Assembly (NCBI RefSeq): GCF_036507355.1
Contig: NZ_AP027879.1
DNA length: 47,389 bases
Origin: Escherichia coli
Lineage (GTDB): Bacteria > Pseudomonadota > Gammaproteobacteria > Enterobacterales > Enterobacteriaceae
Direction: 5' to 3' (one strand)
The translations under genes and the position numbers were made by a program. This document shows, piece after piece, positions 41,870-47,389 of this stretch. Within the stretch, counting starts at the first letter, position 1; every line of letters begins with the position of its first letter. Below the pieces are notes generated by a model. It searched no databases, was not told where the DNA came from, and saw only the letters and a program-made list of their open reading frames with translations.

Positions 41870-41902
41870 CGTACGATTTTTTCCGAATTCTGCGGGCTCC
41901 CC
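41865..41902. repeat. Tn1721 38-bp inverted repeat (internal IR preceding the tet module)
   Basis: Reverse complement GGGGAGCCCGCAGAATTCGGAAAAAATCGTACGCTAAG. Confidence 0.8.
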
Positions 41903-42200
41903 TATCTCATCTGCGCAAGGCAGAACGTGAAGACGGCCGCCCTGGACCTCGCCCGCGAGCGCCAGGCGCACGAGGCCGGCGCGCGGACCCGCGCCACGGC
42001 CCACGAGCGGACGCCGCAGCAGGAGCGCCAGAAGGCCGCCAGAGAGGCCGAGCGCGGCCGTGAGGCTTGGACGCTAGGGCAGGGCATGAAAAAGCCCGTA
42101 GCGGGCTGCTACGGGCGTCTGACGCGGTGGAAAGGGGGAGGGGATGTTGTCTACATGGCTCTGCTGTAGTGAGTGGGTTGCGCTCCGGCAGCGGTCCTGA

Positions 42201-42851
42201 TCAATCGTCACCCTTTCTCGGTCCTTCAACGTTCCTGACAACGAGCCTCCTTTTCGCCAATCCATCGACAATCACCGCGAGTCCCTGCTCGAACGCTGCG
42301 TCCGGATCGGCTTCGTCGAAGGCGTCTATCGCGGCCCGCAACAGCGGCGAGAGCGGAGCCTGTTCAACGGTGCCGCCGCGCTCGCCGGCATCGCTGTCGC
42401 CGGCCTGCTCCTCAAGCACGGCCCCAACAGTGAAGTAGCTGATTGTCATCAGCGCATTGACGGCGTCCCCGGCCGAAAAACCCGCCTCGCAGAGGAAGCG
42501 AAGCTGCGCGTCGGCCGTTTCCATCTGCGGTGCGCCCGGTCGCGTGCCGGCATGGATGCGCGCGCCATCGCGGTAGGCGAGCAGCGCCTGCCTGAAGCTG
42601 CGGGCATTCCCGATCAGAAATGAGCGCCAGTCGTCGTCGGCTCTCGGCACCGAATGCGTATGATTCTCCGCCAGCATGGCTTCGGCCAGTGCGTCGAGCA
42701 GCGCCCGCTTGTTCCTGAAGTGCCAGTAAAGCGCCGGCTGCTGAACCCCCAACCGTTCCGCCAGTTTGCGTGTCGTCAGACCGTCTACGCCGACCTCGTT
42801 CAACAGGTCCAGGGCGGCACGGATCACTGTATTCGGCTGCAACTTTGTCAT
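42201..42851 (-). CDS. tetR: Tetracycline repressor TetR, class A (Tn1721-type copy)
   Basis: 216 aa from MTKLQ. Confidence 0.95.
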   Translation of the reverse strand: MTKLQPNTVIRAALDLLNEVGVDGLTTRKLAERLGVQQPALYWHFRNKRALLDALAEAMLAENHTHSVPRADDDWRSFLIGNARSFRQALLAYRDGARIHAGTRPGAPQMETADAQLRFLCEAGFSAGDAVNALMTISYFTVGAVLEEQAGDSDAGERGGTVEQAPLSPLLRAAIDAFDEADPDAAFEQGLAVIVDGLAKRRLVVRNVEGPRKGDD

Positions 42852-42860
42852 GCTTGACAC

Positions 42861-42956
42861 TTTATCACTGATAAACATAATATGTCCACCAACTTATCAG
42901 TGATAAAGAATCCGCGCGTTCAATCGGACCAGCGGAGGCTGGTCCGGAGGCCAGAC
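42861..42956. promoter_or_regulatory. tetR/tetA divergent promoter and operators
   Basis: Same operator palindromes as in copy 1. Confidence 0.7.
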
Positions 42957-44156
42957 GTGAAACCCAACAGACCCCTGATCGTAATTCTGAGCACTGTCGC
43001 GCTCGACGCTGTCGGCATCGGCCTGATTATGCCGGTGCTGCCGGGCCTCCTGCGCGATCTGGTTCACTCGAACGACGTCACCGCCCACTATGGCATTCTG
43101 CTGGCGCTGTATGCGTTGATGCAATTTGCCTGCGCACCTGTGCTGGGCGCGCTGTCGGATCGTTTCGGGCGGCGGCCGGTCTTGCTCGTCTCGCTGGCCG
43201 GCGCTGCTGTCGACTACGCCATCATGGCGACGACGCCTTTCCTTTGGGTTCTCTATATCGGGCGGATCGTGGCCGGCATCACCGGGGCGACTGGGGCGGT
43301 AGCCGGCGCTTATATTGCCGATATCACTGATGGCGATGAGCGCGCGCGGCACTTCGGCTTCATGAGCGCCTGTTTCGGGTTCGGGATGGTCGCGGGACCT
43401 GTGCTCGGTGGGCTGATGGGCGGTTTCTCCCCCCACGCTCCGTTCTTCGCCGCGGCAGCCTTGAACGGCCTCAATTTCCTGACGGGCTGTTTCCTTTTGC
43501 CGGAGTCGCACAAAGGCGAACGCCGGCCGTTACGCCGGGAGGCTCTCAACCCGCTCGCTTCGTTCCGGTGGGCCCGGGGCATGACCGTCGTCGCCGCCCT
43601 GATGGCGGTCTTCTTCATCATGCAACTTGTCGGACAGGTGCCGGCCGCGCTTTGGGTCATTTTCGGCGAGGATCGCTTTCACTGGGACGCGACCACGATC
43701 GGCATTTCGCTTGCCGCATTTGGCATTCTGCATTCACTCGCCCAGGCAATGATCACCGGCCCTGTAGCCGCCCGGCTCGGCGAAAGGCGGGCACTCATGC
43801 TCGGAATGATTGCCGACGGCACAGGCTACATCCTGCTTGCCTTCGCGACACGGGGATGGATGGCGTTCCCGATCATGGTCCTGCTTGCTTCGGGTGGCAT
43901 CGGAATGCCGGCGCTGCAAGCAATGTTGTCCAGGCAGGTGGATGAGGAACGTCAGGGGCAGCTGCAAGGCTCACTGGCGGCGCTCACCAGCCTGACCTCG
44001 ATCGTCGGACCCCTCCTCTTCACGGCGATCTATGCGGCTTCTATAACAACGTGGAACGGGTGGGCATGGATTGCAAGCGCTGCCCTCTACTTGCTCTGCC
44101 TGCCGGCGCTGCGTCGCGGGCTTTGGAGCGGCGCAGGGCAACGAGCCGATCGCTGA
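42957..44156 (+). CDS. tetA: Tetracycline efflux MFS pump TetA, class A (Tn1721-type copy)
   Basis: 399 aa from GTG. Confidence 0.95.
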   Translation: MKPNRPLIVILSTVALDAVGIGLIMPVLPGLLRDLVHSNDVTAHYGILLALYALMQFACAPVLGALSDRFGRRPVLLVSLAGAAVDYAIMATTPFLWVLYIGRIVAGITGATGAVAGAYIADITDGDERARHFGFMSACFGFGMVAGPVLGGLMGGFSPHAPFFAAAALNGLNFLTGCFLLPESHKGERRPLRREALNPLASFRWARGMTVVAALMAVFFIMQLVGQVPAALWVIFGEDRFHWDATTIGISLAAFGILHSLAQAMITGPVAARLGERRALMLGMIADGTGYILLAFATRGWMAFPIMVLLASGGIGMPALQAMLSRQVDEERQGQLQGSLAALTSLTSIVGPLLFTAIYAASITTWNGWAWIASAALYLLCLPALRRGLWSGAGQRADR

Positions 44157-44187
44157 TCGTGGAAACGATAGGCCTATGCCATGCGGG

Positions 44188-45072
44188 TCAAGGCGACTTC
44201 CGGCAAGCTATACGCGCCCTAGGAGTGCGGTTGGAACGTTGGCCCAGCCAGATACTCCCGATCACGAGCAGGACGCCGATGATTTGAAGCGCACTCAGCG
44301 TCTGATCCAAGAACAACCATCCTAGCAACACGGCGGTCCCCGGGCTGAGAAAGCCCAGTAAGGAAACAACTGTAGGTTCGAGTCGCGAGATCCCCCGGAA
44401 CCAAAGGAAGTAGGTTAAACCCGCTCCGATCAGGCCGAGCCACGCCAGGCCGAGAACATTGGTTCCTGTAGGCATCGGGATTGGCGGATCAAACACTAAA
44501 GCTACTGGAACGAGCAGAAGTCCTCCGGCCGCCAGTTGCCAGGCGGTAAAGGTGAGCAGAGGCACGGGAGGTTGCCACTTGCGGGTCAGCACGGTTCCGA
44601 ACGCCATGGAAACCGCCCCCGCCAGGCCCGCTGCGACGCCGACAGGATCTAGCGCTGCGTTTGGTGTCAACACCAACAGCGCCACGCCCGCAGTTCCGCA
44701 AATAGCCCCCAGGACCGCCATCAATCGTATCGGGCTACCTAGCAGAGCGGCAGAGATGAACACGACCATCAGCGGCTGCACAGCGCCTACCGTCGCCGCG
44801 ACCCCGCCCGGCAGGCGGTAGACCGAAATAAACAACAAGCTCCAGAATAGCGAAATATTAAGTGCGCCGAGGATGAAGATGCGCATCCACCAGATTCCCG
44901 TTGGAATCTGTCGGACGATCATCACGAGCAATAAACCCGCCGGCAACGCCCGCAGCATCGCGACCGTCATCGGTGAGAAGTTCGGCAGGTATTGGGTGGT
45001 GACAATGTAGGTGCTGCCCCAAATGGCAGGTGCTATCGCTGTGAACAATAAATCGGGCGTGCGTAATGACAT
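44188..45072 (-). CDS. pecM: EamA/DMT-family transporter (PecM-like)
   Basis: 294-aa, 10-TM protein in the position pecM occupies downstream of tetA in Tn1721. Confidence 0.85.
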   Translation of the reverse strand: MSLRTPDLLFTAIAPAIWGSTYIVTTQYLPNFSPMTVAMLRALPAGLLLVMIVRQIPTGIWWMRIFILGALNISLFWSLLFISVYRLPGGVAATVGAVQPLMVVFISAALLGSPIRLMAVLGAICGTAGVALLVLTPNAALDPVGVAAGLAGAVSMAFGTVLTRKWQPPVPLLTFTAWQLAAGGLLLVPVALVFDPPIPMPTGTNVLGLAWLGLIGAGLTYFLWFRGISRLEPTVVSLLGFLSPGTAVLLGWLFLDQTLSALQIIGVLLVIGSIWLGQRSNRTPRARIACRKSP

Positions 45073-45209
45073 GCGATTACAAGACCTCCGCTACGGCGAT
45101 GGGTTTTTGAGAGTTGCAGGCGCCGCGATGACCGCACCCTGACTTGGACTGGCCCTGCCTCGCACCAATCCACCTGCGGCTATGGCCGCGATCATGCGAG
45201 GCCCGAAAA

Positions 45210-45480
45210 TTACACGACCTGTACACGTCCGCCGAACCCGGAACGCAACAGAGCTTCGTGGGCATCCCGATCCGGGTCGTAGCAGCAGTCCTGGACCAAA
45301 CGCACGTCGTAGTCCGCATCACTAGCCCAGGCGACGCTTGAAAGAACAACGCCGGTGGTGCTTATCCCGGCCATGACAAGCGTGCTTACGCCGCGCGTCC
45401 GAAGGTCGGCGTCGAGCGCCGTGCCATAAAAGACGCTGGCTCGCGGACATGCATAGAAAAGGTCGCCCCGTTCGATCGCA
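45210..45480 (-). pseudogene. Isochorismatase-family hydrolase C-terminal fragment
   Basis: Only the C-terminal part of the ORF is family-like (LVMAGISTTGVVLSS...DCCYDPDRDAHEALL). Confidence 0.3.
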
Positions 45481-45594
45481 AGCCCTTCGACGGGCAGACC
45501 GGTGCGAAATCGTCCGCTCGGGAGATACGGTGAGATTTGGCGATTCGTCGCCGGCGGCGCATGTTCATACTCTTCGCCGAGCGAAAAGTTGGGG

Positions 45595-47357
45595 AACAGC
45601 ACGGGCCGGCCGCGCAAGGCGTGCTGGCAGCCGTGCAGACCCTGCGTGAGATGAACGCCGACAACCTGCGCAAGGTGCCGGCCGATGCACCCACGGCCTT
45701 CATCAAGCCGCGCTGGAAGCCGCTGGTGATCACCCCGGAAGGCCTCGACCGGAAATTCTACGAAATCTGCGCCCTGTCCGAGCTGAAGAACGCCCTGCGC
45801 TCCGGCGACATCTGGGTCAAGGGCTCGCGGCAGTTCCGCGACTTCGACGACTACCTGCTGCCGGCCGAGAAGTTCGCCGCACTCAAGCGCGAGCAGGCCC
45901 TGCCCCTGGCGATCAACCCGAACAGCGACCAGTACCTGGAAGAGCGTTTGCAGCTGCTGGACGAGCAGTTGGCCACCGTCACCCGCCTGGCCAAGGACAA
46001 CGAGCTGCCCGATGCCATCCTCACCGAGTCAGGGCTGAAAATCACCCCGCTGGATGCGGCGGTGCCGGATCGGGCGCAGGCGCTGATCGACCAAACCAGC
46101 CAGTTACTGCCGCGCATCAAGATCACCGAACTGCTGATGGACGTGGACGACTGGACGGGCTTCAGCCGCCACTTCACCCACTTGAAGGACGGGGCCGAGG
46201 CCAAAGACAGGACGTTGCTGCTGTCCGCAATCCTCGGTGATGCGATCAACCTCGGGCTGACCAAGATGGCCGAGTCGAGCCCCGGCCTGACCTACGCCAA
46301 GCTGTCCTGGCTGCAAGCCTGGCACATCCGCGACGAAACCTATTCGGCGGCCTTGGCCGAGCTGGTCAACCACCAGTATCGCCACGCCTTTGCCGCCCAC
46401 TGGGGCGACGGCACGACCTCATCCTCCGATGGCCAGCGCTTCCGCGCGGGTGGCCGGGGCGAGAGCACCGGGCACGTCAACCCGAAGTACGGTAGCGAGC
46501 CGGGACGGCTGTTCTATACCCATATCTCCGACCAGTACGCGCCGTTCAGCACCCGCGTGGTGAATGTCGGCGTCCGCGATTCCACCTATGTGCTCGACGG
46601 CCTGCTGTACCACGAGTCCGACCTGCGGATCGAGGAGCACTACACCGACACGGCCGGCTTCACCGATCACGTCTTTGCCCTGATGCACCTGCTAGGCTTC
46701 CGCTTCGCGCCGCGCATCCGCGACCTCGGCGAAACCAAGCTGTACGTGCCGCAGGGCGTGCAAGCCTACCCGACGTTGCGCCCGCTGATCGGCGGCACCC
46801 TGAACATCAAGCACGTGCGTGCCCACTGGGACGACATCCTGCGCCTGGCCAGCTCGATCAAGCAGGGCACCGTCACCGCCTCGCTGATGCTGCGCAAGCT
46901 CGGCAGCTACCCGCGCCAGAACGGACTGGCCGTGGCCCTGCGCGAGCTGGGCCGGATCGAGCGCACGCTGTTCATCCTGGACTGGCTGCAAAGTGTTGAA
47001 CTGCGCCGCCGCGTGCATGCCGGCCTGAACAAAGGTGAGGCGCGCAACTCGCTGGCCAGGGCGGTGTTCTTCAACCGCCTTGGGGAAATCAGGGATCGGA
47101 GCTTCGAGCAGCAGCGCTACCGGGCCAGCGGCCTCAACCTGGTGACGGCGGCTATCGTGCTGTGGAACACGGTGTACCTGGAACGCGCCACCCAGGGGTT
47201 GGTCGAGGCCGGCAAGCCGGTGGACGGCGAGCTGCTGCAATTCCTGTCGCCGCTGGGCTGGGAGCACATCAACCTAACCGGCGATTACGTCTGGCGGCAG
47301 AGCCGCAGACTGGAAGACGGGAAGTTTCGGCCCTTACGGATGCCCGGAAAACCTTAG
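45595..47357 (+). pseudogene. tnpA: Tn1721-type TnpA, 3' portion (the tnpA' remnant of Tn1721)
   Basis: About 590 C-terminal codons of a Tn3-family transposase ending in the Tn1721 IR. Confidence 0.8.
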
Positions 47358-47389
47358 CGTACGATTTTTTCCGAATTCTGCGGGCTCCC
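47353..47389. repeat. Tn1721 right inverted repeat, cut one base short by the window end
   Basis: CTTAGCGTACGATTTTTTCCGAATTCTGCGGGCTCCC. Confidence 0.8.

Overview
Mosaic multidrug-resistance plasmid segment of Enterobacteriaceae type, annotated by eye from the sequence and ORF translations; no database search was run. Positions 1-6.7 kb look like plasmid backbone: a serine resolvase, a ParA-type partition ATPase with a hexamer-repeat array and a small RHH protein, two AT-rich ORFs of unknown function lying tail-to-tail, a Rep_3 initiator with 5 x 22-bp iterons and DnaA boxes, and an stbDE (Phd/RelE) toxin-antitoxin pair. From 6.7 kb onward the window is an IS-driven resistance region: IS1 truncating a second replicon that keeps about 14 x 37-bp iterons; two IS903-group copies bracketing a small HTH gene with an 11-bp repeat array; five complete IS26 plus one fragment; qnrS1; floR with ISCR2; sul2-strA-strB next to a ColE1-like RNAI/ori remnant; two tetR-tetA(A) modules (one Tn1721-type with pecM, one beside an IncQ-type oriV); Tn2 remnant with blaTEM-1; sul3 module; and an IS26-bracketed dfrA-intI1 unit. 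Many genes are truncated exactly at IS or transposon ends. The only candidates for an undescribed function are the unannotatable backbone ORFs at 2.1-4.1 kb and the IS903-bracketed HTH gene with its repeat array; everything else is recognisable resistance or mobile-element cargo.
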